Below are positions 1-10,063 of a stretch of DNA of 64,000 nucleotides, piece by piece. The notes below the pieces were generated by a model. The model was given only the letters and a program-made list of their open reading frames with translations. It was not told the DNA's origin and made no database searches. The DNA is taken from contig JAWBYA010000003.1 of assembly GCA_038867615.1 (NCBI GenBank), positions 96,001 through 160,000 of the forward strand, given 5' to 3'. This stretch comes from Sulfolobales archaeon. Its GTDB lineage: Archaea > Thermoproteota > Thermoprotei_A > Sulfolobales > AG1. Within the stretch, counting starts at the first letter, position 1, and each line of letters starts with the position of its first letter. The translations under genes were made by a program, and so were the position numbers.

Positions 1-14
1 ATAGTATCTGGGTC

Positions 15-1457
15 TTGTTGGAAGATATCCTTAACCTTGCGGTCGATTATGCGAGATCCCTTGGAGCAGCATATGCAGAAGCTAGGTATCACAGGATAGA
101 GGGTGGCAATATAAACATAAGGGCTGATAGAGTGATCGGGATCACTTATAGAGCTTCCGAGGGTATAGGTGTTAGGGTTATATATAATGGTGCTCTCGCC
201 TTTGCCTCCACCACCAGACTTGATGCTGAAGGTATAAAGAAAGCTGTTGAGAGGGCTGTGGCTACTGCAAGGGTCTTCTCGGGATCTATTAAGAGAAAGG
301 CTGAGCTCTCAAGCGAGAGGCTTGGCAGATCCTCGTATGAGGTTAAGCCTAAAAAGAGCTTCGACAGTATGCCACAGGATCTCAAGATCTCGTTTCTAAA
401 AGATCTATATACAATAGCCCTAGAAAGCTTGAAAGAGGCTAGATTATCATCACTCCTGACAAGCTATAGCGAGTCTATCGAAGAGAAGATGATTATTAAT
501 AGTGATGGCGCATATATAAGGAGCAGGCTTCCGAGAATAGAGAGCTTTATAAACATAGTCCTATCCTCGCCGGAGAAGGGTACTATTAACAAGTGGTTCG
601 AGATCGGGGCTGTTAGGGGTCTAGAGCATTTCGAAGAGATAAAGCTCGTGGACAGCCTGAAAGAAACAATATCGAGGATGGAGGAGAACCTACTCAGAGG
701 TATAGAGCCTCCTAAGGAGAAAGTAGACGTGATCCTAGGATCCGAGGTTGTAGGTCTTATAGTACATGAAGGGGTGGGACACCCGCTTGAGGCTGATAGG
801 GTGCTTGGTAGGGAGGCTGCTCAGGCTGGGGAGAGCTATGTGAAGCCCGAGATGGTGGGTAAGGCTAGGATAGGTAATAGATATGCAACGATAATAGATG
901 ATCCAACAATACCTGGATCCAGCGGCTACTACCTCTACGACGATGAAGGCGTACCAGCGAGACCAAAGATCCTGTATAGAGAGGGCGTTATAGAGAACCT
1001 ACTCCACAATAGAGAGACTGCACGCCTCATGGGTGTTGCGAGCAACGCGTCAGCCAGAGCCACCAACCACGCCTCGGAACCCATAGTTAGGATGAGCAAC
1101 ACCTACCTAGCCCCAGGGGATATGGAGTTTGAGGAGCTCATAGAGGATATAGATCTTGGTGTATATATAAAGAGCAACATGGAGTGGAACATAGATGATA
1201 CCAGGTGGCGGCATAGATACATAGGCTTAGAGGCTTTCCTAATAGAGAAGGGAGAGCTAACAAAACCGGTCAGAAACCCCGTGATCGAGATAACAACAGG
1301 CGATCTCTTGAGCAACATCGTAGCAGCTGACAAGAACCTGGAGTTCTTCCCAGGCATGTGTGGCAAAGGAGAACCAATGCAGGGGATCCCGGTATGGATG
1401 GGCGGACCAAATATCAGGCTCCCAAAAATATCCATCGGGGTGGCTCCTATTGAGTGA
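15..1457 (+). CDS. tldD: TldD family metalloprotease
   Basis: 480 aa; HExxxH motif (HEGVGHPLEAD), C-terminal CGK-Q..PV..GGP; paired with a PmbA gene. Confidence 0.92.
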   Translation: MLEDILNLAVDYARSLGAAYAEARYHRIEGGNINIRADRVIGITYRASEGIGVRVIYNGALAFASTTRLDAEGIKKAVERAVATARVFSGSIKRKAELSSERLGRSSYEVKPKKSFDSMPQDLKISFLKDLYTIALESLKEARLSSLLTSYSESIEEKMIINSDGAYIRSRLPRIESFINIVLSSPEKGTINKWFEIGAVRGLEHFEEIKLVDSLKETISRMEENLLRGIEPPKEKVDVILGSEVVGLIVHEGVGHPLEADRVLGREAAQAGESYVKPEMVGKARIGNRYATIIDDPTIPGSSGYYLYDDEGVPARPKILYREGVIENLLHNRETARLMGVASNASARATNHASEPIVRMSNTYLAPGDMEFEELIEDIDLGVYIKSNMEWNIDDTRWRHRYIGLEAFLIEKGELTKPVRNPVIEITTGDLLSNIVAADKNLEFFPGMCGKGEPMQGIPVWMGGPNIRLPKISIGVAPIE

Positions 1458-1461
1458 ACCC

Positions 1462-2778
1462 ATGGCTTTTGGAGAAATGATTGTTAAGAAGGCTCTAGAG
1501 GCTGGTTTTGATGAATGCGCGGTGCTCTTGAACAACGTTGAGAGATCCATGGTGAGAATAGCTAATAACCAAGTAGTCGTTACCCAGAACTGGGTGTCTG
1601 GAAGAGCCTCCCTATACCTATCTGCTAAGGAGAGGGTATTCCAGCTGTCTTTCGACACGATCAATATAGATCATATCGAGAGAAGCATTAAAGAACTAGC
1701 ACTAGGGGTAGACCGGGCAGAGAGATCTTTTCTATACGCGCCCCTACCAGACCCAGATCCCAATGCAAGACCCCTAGAGGGTGGTTTCGATCAGAAGGTA
1801 TATGACATGTTGGAAAAACCCAGCGAGGTGTCGGAGATATTGATAAACACGGCCCTTAGCGAAGGTGCAGAGAGAGTCGCAGGAGTCATAGATCTAGGTG
1901 TTGAAGAGAGATGCCTCATAACCTCTAAAGGGTTTAGCAGGTGTGAGAGAAAGACTTTCTTCACATCGCATCTCAGATCTTTCGTTGGCGAGGGCTCGGG
2001 TCACTGGGGCTATGGTTCCAGGTTTTACGATGCCAGAGAAGTTGAGAATGTCGCAAGAAGATCTGCTGAGTATGCGAAGCTATCGAGAACCCAGAGATCC
2101 GTGGAGCCGGGATTATATGACATGGTGCTATCGCCCATGGTGCTTGGAGAGCTCCTAGGATCTGTGGCAAGAGGTTTCAGTGCCTTCTCATACATCCTAG
2201 GCTTATCCTTCCTCAGGGGTAAAAAGCCAGGCGATAAGGTGGCTAGCGATGCTCTTACCCTTAAGGATGACCCCCTTAAGAACGACCTCCTAGGCTCCTC
2301 AGGCTTTGACGATGAGGGCATAGCAACCAGGGTTAATACCCTCATAGAACACGGTGTTTTCAAAACACTCCTTCACAATACCAAGACAGCCAGCTATATG
2401 GGTGTGGGGAGCACTGGTAATGCTGGGTGGATATATCCTAGACCATGGTCTCTCACAATAGAGCCAGGAGATATGGGTGATGATGAGCTTGTAAAAGAAC
2501 TCAAGAGAGGGCTTATCATTACCAATAACTGGTATACTAGGTTCCACAACTATGTAGAGGGTATTTTCTCCACAGTATCCAGGGACGCGCTCCTCATAGT
2601 AGAGAATGGCGATATAGTGGGTGCTGCTAAAAAGGTGAGGATAACAGACACATTACCCAACCTCCTATCAAGGATAAACGCTGTAGGCCGCACTCTATAT
2701 AAAGTTAAATGGTGGGAGATAGGGGTTCCAGTAGAGATCCCGTTCGTATTAGTGAGGGGTTTGAGAATATCTAGTTAG
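1462..2778 (+). CDS. pmbA: PmbA/TldE family protein
   Basis: FDDEG..T and GSTGNAG motifs, no HExxH; follows tldD. ATG 1462 (or TTG 1450) preferred over track start 1360. Confidence 0.88.
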   Translation: MAFGEMIVKKALEAGFDECAVLLNNVERSMVRIANNQVVVTQNWVSGRASLYLSAKERVFQLSFDTINIDHIERSIKELALGVDRAERSFLYAPLPDPDPNARPLEGGFDQKVYDMLEKPSEVSEILINTALSEGAERVAGVIDLGVEERCLITSKGFSRCERKTFFTSHLRSFVGEGSGHWGYGSRFYDAREVENVARRSAEYAKLSRTQRSVEPGLYDMVLSPMVLGELLGSVARGFSAFSYILGLSFLRGKKPGDKVASDALTLKDDPLKNDLLGSSGFDDEGIATRVNTLIEHGVFKTLLHNTKTASYMGVGSTGNAGWIYPRPWSLTIEPGDMGDDELVKELKRGLIITNNWYTRFHNYVEGIFSTVSRDALLIVENGDIVGAAKKVRITDTLPNLLSRINAVGRTLYKVKWWEIGVPVEIPFVLVRGLRISS

Positions 2779-2801
2779 ATCGCTAACAAGGAGGCTCTAA
2801 T

Positions 2802-3548
2802 ATGGTAAGATCCCCTCTATATGATGCCCACTGCCATCTCCACGAGTTCAGCGATCTGGAGATAGAGAGGTTTATAACCAGTGGCTATGTTATTATAGCT
2901 GTTAGCGATGATCTCGGCTCATCCCTCAGGACGCTGGATATATATAGAAAGTACACGAACAATGTGATCCCGTGTATCGGGCTGCACCCATGGAATATAG
3001 AGAAAGAATCTAGGGAGAACATAGAGCACCTAGTAAGCCTTATAGACAGGGAGAAACCGCCATGTATAGGTGAGGTTGGCCTTGACAAGAGATTCCTCCC
3101 AGAATCGAGTTTTGAAAAACAAGCAGAGATCTTCAGATCCTTTTTAGAGGCAGCGTCAAGCATAGATGCTGTTGTAAATATACATGCTGTTGACGCGTGG
3201 AGAGATGCTTTGAAGATGGTGATAAGCTCAGGTGTGAGGAGAGCTATATTCCACTGGTTCAACGGGCCTGAGGACGTGCTTAGAGAGATCATTGATGCTG
3301 GGTATATGGTGTCGATAAACGCCGCGATAAAGGTGCAGGATAAGCATAAGAGGATAGCTAGATTAGCTGATCTCAACGGTATTCTTGTAGAGAGCGACGG
3401 GCCCTATAACTATAGGGGTATAAGACTATCCCCAGATATGCTGGGTGAGGCGTTATCGATAATAGCCGAGGTTAAGGGTATATCGAGAGAGGATATAGAG
3501 AAAGCTATTGAGAGAAACTTCAGGAGATATATCTATCGACAGGGCTAG
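2802..3548 (+). CDS. tatD: TatD family metal-dependent DNase
   Basis: DAHCH, GLHPW, IGEVGLD, ESDGPY motifs. Confidence 0.92.
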   Translation: MVRSPLYDAHCHLHEFSDLEIERFITSGYVIIAVSDDLGSSLRTLDIYRKYTNNVIPCIGLHPWNIEKESRENIEHLVSLIDREKPPCIGEVGLDKRFLPESSFEKQAEIFRSFLEAASSIDAVVNIHAVDAWRDALKMVISSGVRRAIFHWFNGPEDVLREIIDAGYMVSINAAIKVQDKHKRIARLADLNGILVESDGPYNYRGIRLSPDMLGEALSIIAEVKGISREDIEKAIERNFRRYIYRQG

Positions 3549-4009
3549 CGGTATAGGAGCTTCACTTTATGGGATTTGACTAGTATATGTATGGTTCTAT
3601 ATATGAAGCCTTTCACACCACTACAGGGAAGGATCTCGGAGCATGTGGTGGGCATAGGATCTTTGAAATCATTCCCACCGCCTTTGACAAGCCCTATAAG
3701 GATCTCCTTTACTATCGGCATTATCGAGGATCTGCCGCCGTATATAATATCCCTACCAGGTAATACAAACCATGATACCGATGAGAATGTCTTCAGATCC
3801 ATTAATGATCTCAGCCAGCCTGCCTCTTTGGAGTACATCCCAACAACAGCTATTCTACCCCTACTAAGCTTCCATATGGCTTTAGCAAACCTATAGCATA
3901 ATCTGCAGTAATTATCATAGAATAGCGTAGGGCTATCTATGCTTCTCAGAGTCTCAATAACAGCCGGATCCTTTACCTCAACCTCGAGCACCGACCTCAT
4001 CTCCTCCAT
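3545..4009 (-). CDS. DCC1/DUF393-like thiol-disulfide oxidoreductase
   Basis: LFYDNYCRLC (DxxCxxC) motif; start uncertain (4009 or 4069). Confidence 0.7.
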   Translation of the reverse strand: MEEMRSVLEVEVKDPAVIETLRSIDSPTLFYDNYCRLCYRFAKAIWKLSRGRIAVVGMYSKEAGWLRSLMDLKTFSSVSWFVLPGRDIIYGGRSSIMPIVKEILIGLVKGGGNDFKDPMPTTCSEILPCSGVKGFIYRTIHILVKSHKVKLLYR

Positions 4010-4131
4010 AGATTCCTCTATGGAGAAAAAATGGCTAAAGATCTTCTGACCCCTATGAGCATAGAACATATAGACCTGAGACCCGGTGCACTCATTATTC
4101 CTGGTGATAGAAAGAATCTGAGGCAGACAGT

Positions 4132-5262
4132 GTGGAGAGAAAGCACACTGTGGATATCAGCATAGTGATCCCTACATACAATGAGGCTGAGAATATAGAG
4201 GAGCTTCTCACAGAGATCAAACGCAGCCTGGAGAACGCAGGTATTGCTAGCTATGAAGTAATAGTTGTGGATGACTCATCCCTAGATGGCACGGCTGAAA
4301 TAGCTAGAAATGCTATGGAGAGATTAAAAATACCTGGAAGGATCATCGTTAGAAGCGGGAACCGGGGCCTTACCAGCGCCATTATGAGGGGCTTCACAGA
4401 ATCTAGAGGTAAGTATATCGTTGTAATGGACGCCGATCTTCAACACCCACCAGAAACGATCCCAGGACTTTTTAAAAAAGCTTCTAACGAAGATCTAGAT
4501 GTAGTTATAGCTTCTAGATACATCAAAGGCGGAGGGATCGAAGGAGCCCCTATCCATAGGAGGTTTATATCAAGAGCTGCTGCACTCATAGCCAGGATCC
4601 TTATCCCCCAGGCTAGGGGTATAAGGGATCCGCTCTCAGGTTTCTTCTTAGTGAGAAGGAGCGTTATAGAGGAGGTTGGTATAGAAGCTATTGAAAAGCA
4701 TGGGAGAAGTTTCAAGATCCTCTTGGAAATACTTGTTAAAGGCAGGTATAGAAGCGTCGCTGAGCATCCATATGTGTTTAGGCCGAGGAGAAGGGGGAAG
4801 AGTAAGCTGGGTGTAAGAGAAAGTTTAGAGTTTGTAAAACAGGTTATGGAGTTAAGCGAATACAGACTCCCAAAGTTCATGACGGTAGGGCTCTCAGGGG
4901 TTGTTGTCAACATGTCCGTTCTCTACATATTGGTCAGCATGCTCGGTGTTCCTGTAATTATATCATCCCCTGCAGCGATAGAGCTGGCTACTATAAATAA
5001 CTTTATCCTAAATGATAGATGGACTTTTAAGAGGTTCAGGCTATTGGGCAGATGGTATGAAAGGCTTCTCAAGTACCATGCAGCTGTGGGGTTGGGTAAT
5101 CTTGTCAACTATGCTGTAGTTCTTGCACTCCATGGCATAGTTGGTGTTATGATCTCTAATATCGTTGGAATAGCCTTGGGTTTTGTTACCAACTATCTTG
5201 TCAGCTCTGAGTTTGTGTGGGAGGTTGCCAGGCATAGGGGGAGGGGTATTGATAAACGATAA
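4132..5262 (+). CDS. GT2 polyprenol-phosphate mannosyltransferase-like protein with C-terminal GtrA domain
   Basis: SIVIPTYNE, VVDDSS.DGT, MDADLQHPP, DPLSGFF; hydrophobic C-terminus with NNFILNDRWTF. Confidence 0.9.
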   Translation: MERKHTVDISIVIPTYNEAENIEELLTEIKRSLENAGIASYEVIVVDDSSLDGTAEIARNAMERLKIPGRIIVRSGNRGLTSAIMRGFTESRGKYIVVMDADLQHPPETIPGLFKKASNEDLDVVIASRYIKGGGIEGAPIHRRFISRAAALIARILIPQARGIRDPLSGFFLVRRSVIEEVGIEAIEKHGRSFKILLEILVKGRYRSVAEHPYVFRPRRRGKSKLGVRESLEFVKQVMELSEYRLPKFMTVGLSGVVVNMSVLYILVSMLGVPVIISSPAAIELATINNFILNDRWTFKRFRLLGRWYERLLKYHAAVGLGNLVNYAVVLALHGIVGVMISNIVGIALGFVTNYLVSSEFVWEVARHRGRGIDKR

Positions 5263-5315
5263 TATCTCGTGAATAATGGTACAGTATTCCTATTAGGATC
5301 CCGGTCTCTTTGGGA

Positions 5316-6227
5316 TCAGATCTCCTTTATCTCTCTCAATAGACTGACATAGCTTTTCTCAGGCTCACGGGGCTTAACTATATCGAGGATCAGGTATCTT
5401 ATCTCGGGTAGGTTTTTCTTTATAGACGTTATTATATCCTCCTTTATCTCTTCAACCTCTTTTACGGTCATGTCCTCCCTAACCTCGATCTGTATTATTG
5501 CTAGATATCTATCCGGATCTATGATCATGGTTTTTGCGTCGTTTACATCAACAACGCCTGGTGTTGAGAGTGCTATCTTTATGATCCTTGCAACAACCTC
5601 TTTTGGCGCTGAATGGCCTATAAGGGCTTCTATGCTTCTATAACCTATGTGGATCGAGCCTGCGAGTATTATGAAAGCTATAATGCTTGAGATATATATA
5701 TCCAAGATCCTGTTGGAAAGTACTAGAGATGCAGCAGCCATTAAATTCCCCGATAACCCCATGAGATCCTCGAGTATAAGTGGTCCGAGAACTATCGGAC
5801 GCCCCTGCTTGGATCTTACCATCATTATAGCTACAGACATTGTTGCTATATCAAATAATATAGGTACTGACATATAGATCCAGAACCCGCTGGAATTCAT
5901 ATCAAGCTGTTCAGGGACGCTGTAGATCCGTATATTCTCGGCTATTATCATATAGAAAATAGATCCTGCCAGTATTATTGATGAAAACAGGCTCGATATA
6001 TAAAGCACCTTACCAACCCCAAATGGATAGCGGGGAGAAGGCTTGGTTCTATATACCTGTGTCCCTATAAATAGTGTGAGGCTATTGGATGTATCTCCTA
6101 TTGAGTGAAAGATCTCTGAGTAAACAGCCCTGGAAAAGGTGTGGCTAAAGATCATGTATTTTATCACTATAGCTATCAAATTAAATAGCATCGAGAGCGC
6201 TACAGGATATCTCTCATCAAGCCTCAA
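5316..6227 (-). CDS. Cation diffusion facilitator family transporter
   Basis: HSIGD in TM2, YPFG.GK, about six TM segments and a cytosolic dimerisation domain. Confidence 0.85.
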   Translation of the reverse strand: MRLDERYPVALSMLFNLIAIVIKYMIFSHTFSRAVYSEIFHSIGDTSNSLTLFIGTQVYRTKPSPRYPFGVGKVLYISSLFSSIILAGSIFYMIIAENIRIYSVPEQLDMNSSGFWIYMSVPILFDIATMSVAIMMVRSKQGRPIVLGPLILEDLMGLSGNLMAAASLVLSNRILDIYISSIIAFIILAGSIHIGYRSIEALIGHSAPKEVVARIIKIALSTPGVVDVNDAKTMIIDPDRYLAIIQIEVREDMTVKEVEEIKEDIITSIKKNLPEIRYLILDIVKPREPEKSYVSLLREIKEI

Positions 6228-6337
6228 TATGGTTCAATATGTACTTAATCTAGCAGAATTTAAGCGTTACCAAAAACGTTTTCGCATCGTTAAAGCGATA
6301 GAATGAAAAGAAAAAAGCGTGACGCGATTCGAGTAAT

Positions 6338-6640
6338 CTAACCCTCTTCCCTACCCGATTCTTGAACCTGTTCCGAAAGCACTACTAGCTTTGCCTCTAA
6401 CAGAGCCTCTATTATGGCTTCCACCGGCGACTCTACCTCTGAGGCGTCTAGCTTGAGATCATCAGCAGTCTTGTTTATAATATCACTCACAGTCCTATTA
6501 CCGTCACAAAGGGTCCATATATAATAAGCAGCTGGGTTTAGTGCAAACGCTTCCTCCTCGCTGAGCGCTACGATATAGTTCTCTCCCTCCATACCTACAT
6601 GTTCTCCCTGCTTCAGGGGTTTCATATCGCGGCTAATCAT
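6338..6640 (-). CDS. PqqD family (RRE-like) protein
   Basis: ALNPAAYYIWTLCDGNRTVSDI is the typical PqqD signature; overlaps the ssb stop. Confidence 0.85.
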   Translation of the reverse strand: MISRDMKPLKQGEHVGMEGENYIVALSEEEAFALNPAAYYIWTLCDGNRTVSDIINKTADDLKLDASEVESPVEAIIEALLEAKLVVLSEQVQESGREEG

Positions 6641-7077
6641 CTCTCCTCACCTCTCCTAAAACCGCCTCTCCTAAAGCCTCTGCCTCCTCTGAAGCCTCCT
6701 CTCTGAGGTCTATAATCCTCTGGCGCCTTGACAAACTCCTCAGGTACTGCTTCTGCTTGCGGGATGCTCTCATCATCAACCACCTTAAGCTCTGTTTTAG
6801 AGCTAACATTGATCTGAACCTCTCCCTTATATGCTGATGTCCAGGCGTTGGTTATCTCAACAACTTCTCCCTCTTTCAAAGTACCAGCGTGTTTACCCCA
6901 TAGTGTTACTTTAACCCTTCCCGTCTCGTCGCCTATTACAGCCTCACTTATTGTTCTCAACCCGCTCTTTGTCTGTATTGTTCTTGAGGGGGTTACTGAG
7001 AGAACCCTTCCCCTTACATTCACATTCTCGATTCCGGGTTTCAATTCACCTATTTTTAGACTCGGTTTCGATTCCAA
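6637..7077 (-). CDS. ssb: Crenarchaeal single-stranded DNA-binding protein
   Basis: Single OB fold (IGDETGRVKVTLWG, NAWTSAYKG) plus Arg/Gly-rich tail. Confidence 0.95.
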   Translation of the reverse strand: MESKPSLKIGELKPGIENVNVRGRVLSVTPSRTIQTKSGLRTISEAVIGDETGRVKVTLWGKHAGTLKEGEVVEITNAWTSAYKGEVQINVSSKTELKVVDDESIPQAEAVPEEFVKAPEDYRPQRGGFRGGRGFRRGGFRRGEER

Positions 7078-7425
7078 CCCTTTCCAACTCCTACTACGTG
7101 TATGTATAGTGCCGCTAGAGAGCTTATAAATGCATGGGATTAATATATTGATATTACGTCCTAGCGTTTAGCTTTTCCAACGCCTAGAACCTCATCTTAT
7201 CCACAGGCTTCTCTTCTCCTTTCAGGTTCATAGGCGATGGTTGGTTGATAGAATGGGGTTTCTATCCAGCGTCTCACCACCTAAGAGTTTTCATGGTGCT
7301 TCTCTTATAGCTGTCCCAGGCTAGATTATTAGAAATGAGTTTCTCGTCGATAATATGTTTACACTTTTTCCGAGGCCTTGTCCGATGGTTTTAGATTAAA
7401 CACGTCACATACGGATCGGTGATCG

Positions 7426-8340
7426 CTATGGGGTTGGAGAGATCTTTGCGATCATTGATAGCAATCTGAAGTATATCGGAGAAATCACCGGATCTGTCCT
7501 TAGAACCAGTTTCGTTGATATACCAGTGGTTATGCTTGGTGGCAAGATATCTCTCTCCGCATCAACATATGCTACAACCATGCTGTGTTCCCCCAATCCT
7601 GGAGGTTCTTGAAACTCCTGAGCATCGTGGATCGTGAACCTACCATGCCCGTCTAGAATGAGGCCTTCGAAAAAAGATCTTGAGACACATGTTGCTACCA
7701 AGGTTACACCGTCCCGGATCTTTGTCCTGATCTCTTTAACCACCCCTCCATACTCCCTAATCATGCTGGGTAAGACGGGGCTGAGATCTCTCAGCTCATC
7801 CGAGATCCTTGCTACCCTCGGGGATAAGGCTCTCTCGCTCGACACTTCAAGTATCGCTCTTAGCGAGAGTATGTGGTGGGCTAGCAGAATATCCATATAA
7901 CCAGGGATCTCGATCACATCGAAATGACTTCCCGTATCGCTTCCCTCTCCCTTATCTGTAGACGCTCTCTCGGACTTTATAAAGACCCCTCTTAAACCGA
8001 GGAGGGATAGGCTTTTGATATGCCTAGCTATATAGCCTCTCCAAGGTTCTACTGGATTATCATATACTATTAATCCTAGATCGTTCTCCCCTCGGGCCTC
8101 ATAGTAGGGGGCTATATATCGTGTAAAGAAACCTATGTCTGCGTGGTAGGCATCCACTCTTCGCAAGAGGGAAAAAGCAATTGTAGATGAACAACCCGGG
8201 CTTCTGAGCCATCCGGATGTGAGGAACACTATATTGCTTTTCTCCCTGATCTCTCTAGCAATGGTTTTATAAGCCTTCTCGGCATGTCTTAAAACACTGT
8301 CTATATGCTGGGCAAGCTCCTCAGCTGTACTGAAGAACAT
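7426..8340 (-). CDS. Hypothetical protein (possibly degenerate SIS-like fold)
   Basis: 304-aa ORF co-directional with mtnP; no catalytic motif recognised. Confidence 0.6.
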   Translation of the reverse strand: MFFSTAEELAQHIDSVLRHAEKAYKTIAREIREKSNIVFLTSGWLRSPGCSSTIAFSLLRRVDAYHADIGFFTRYIAPYYEARGENDLGLIVYDNPVEPWRGYIARHIKSLSLLGLRGVFIKSERASTDKGEGSDTGSHFDVIEIPGYMDILLAHHILSLRAILEVSSERALSPRVARISDELRDLSPVLPSMIREYGGVVKEIRTKIRDGVTLVATCVSRSFFEGLILDGHGRFTIHDAQEFQEPPGLGEHSMVVAYVDAERDILPPSITTGISTKLVLRTDPVISPIYFRLLSMIAKISPTP

Positions 8341-8364
8341 GTTCTTATTACCCTTTACAAATAG

Positions 8365-9177
8365 CTAGACTAGAGCTGTTTTTAGAGCCTCGCAACAACT
8401 ACAATCGTCTTTCTGGGGCTCGGGGGGTAGTTGTGGTATCAACTCCGCCAGGATCTTTTTAGCCTTATCAATATTGCTTGCCATAACCCTCGATACTTCT
8501 TCAGCTGTTACAGGTCTTTCTGCCCATACATCGTAGTCCGTGACCATTGCTAGTGTTGAGTAGCAGATCTGCGCCTCGCAAGCAAGATTAACCTCAGGAA
8601 CAAGGGTCATCCCAATTATATCGGCCTTGAAAACCTCTCTCCACACTCTCGACTCGGCCTTGGTGCTAAACCTGGGACCCTCTATACATATATAGACACC
8701 CCTATCATGGATCCTATAGCCCAGCTTTCTCCCCACATCAACTATTCTGCGGCGTAGAAATTCGCAGAAAGGCTCAGCCATAGATATGTGGGCAACCTGA
8801 GGCCCGTCGAAGAAGGTATAGCGCCTCGACTTCGTCATATCTATGAACTGGTTAGGGACAACAAGGTCTCCTGGCATATAGTCCTCCCTGAGACTCCCCA
8901 CAGCACTTACTGCTACTATATATCTAACCCCGAGACTCTTTAAAGCCCATATATTGGCTCTATAGTTTATCCTGTGAGGAGGTATTCTATGACCCCTACC
9001 ATGCCTTGGTAGGAAGGCAACCGCTTTCCCCCCATAGTTCCCAACTACAATGAGGTCGCTGGGCTCCCCATATGGCGTGTGGATCTTTATCTCCTTCGCA
9101 TCCTTAAGAAGACCTGGATCGTAGAGACCAGATCCCCCTATGATCCCTATATCCGCTCTATACCCTGGGTTTAGCAT
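8365..9177 (-). CDS. mtnP: S-methyl-5'-thioadenosine phosphorylase
   Basis: GIIGGSG, PRHG.GH, EGPRFST.AES, GMT, VTDYD; C-terminal CSC motif; ATG 9177 with GGTG upstream. Confidence 0.95.
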   Translation of the reverse strand: MLNPGYRADIGIIGGSGLYDPGLLKDAKEIKIHTPYGEPSDLIVVGNYGGKAVAFLPRHGRGHRIPPHRINYRANIWALKSLGVRYIVAVSAVGSLREDYMPGDLVVPNQFIDMTKSRRYTFFDGPQVAHISMAEPFCEFLRRRIVDVGRKLGYRIHDRGVYICIEGPRFSTKAESRVWREVFKADIIGMTLVPEVNLACEAQICYSTLAMVTDYDVWAERPVTAEEVSRVMASNIDKAKKILAELIPQLPPEPQKDDCSCCEALKTALV

Positions 9178-9208
9178 ATTAACACCAAGATATATTGCGG
9201 GCTGGTAA

Positions 9209-9988
9209 TTAAAACACCAACCCTTCTTCAGAAGGATATCCAACGGGCATTATTAGAACAGGGATCTCTGATACACAATCCACTCCAAGCAGTTCACATA
9301 GCTCTTCCTCAAAGAAAGCGCCCACAGCACATGTCCCGAGACCAAGGATCCTTGACGCTATATAGAGGTTCTCACCAGCGAAACCAGCATCCAGTAGAGA
9401 ATACTTATAACCCCTAGAGCCGTATTTCCAAGCGGATCTAGCCCAGAATATAGTGATTATAATATCGATCGGTGCTTCTGCAACATGTTCCTGGTCGAGA
9501 GCTATTTCCGAGAGGGTCTTGCTATAATCACCTAGCTTTAAAGGATCGAGGGAGTGGTTGATAAAAATATACCTATAGATCCCCTGTGACAGGCCTTCCA
9601 CCTTGTTAGCCGATACATAGATCTCTACTGGCTGTAGGGCGCCAGCGCTTGGAAAAGCCCTCAGGGGATAGAGATCATGACCATATACGCCTTCCTCCCA
9701 TTTAGTTACGCCAAAGGCTATGTGGAGTAGTGAGGAGAGAACTCCAAGCTCTACTGGCTTGTTCTTAAAAGATCTGATAGATCTTCTGGTTAAAAGGATC
9801 TCTGAAGCGTCAACCTCTCTTGGTATTACAGGCTTTGGGAGAGCGATCTCCTTCCCACTGCCCTTGCGAAAACCAGGCATTGGTTCGATCCTATATACCA
9901 CTCCCCTCTCTATATAATTCCTTCTCAACCATGTGATCCTATCTAGCTTTATAATGCTACTATAATGCTTAGCTAACCATGAAACCAT
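9209..9988 (-). CDS. SagB/ThcOx family nitroreductase-like dehydrogenase
   Basis: [20 protein letters not shown]...[12 protein letters not shown]. Confidence 0.9.
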   Translation of the reverse strand: MVSWLAKHYSSIIKLDRITWLRRNYIERGVVYRIEPMPGFRKGSGKEIALPKPVIPREVDASEILLTRRSIRSFKNKPVELGVLSSLLHIAFGVTKWEEGVYGHDLYPLRAFPSAGALQPVEIYVSANKVEGLSQGIYRYIFINHSLDPLKLGDYSKTLSEIALDQEHVAEAPIDIIITIFWARSAWKYGSRGYKYSLLDAGFAGENLYIASRILGLGTCAVGAFFEEELCELLGVDCVSEIPVLIMPVGYPSEEGLVF

Positions 9989-10019
9989 ATATCCCCCGAA
10001 CTAAGCTTGGTGAGGGAGT

Positions 10020-10031
10020 AAAAAACAAAAA
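10020..10031 (-). terminator. Oligo-T terminator downstream of thermosome gene
   Basis: Minus strand reads TTTTGTTTTTT about 35 nt after the thermosome stop. Confidence 0.5.
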
Positions 10032-10063
10032 GGCACGTTGGGGTTATATTTAGCGGTTTATCT

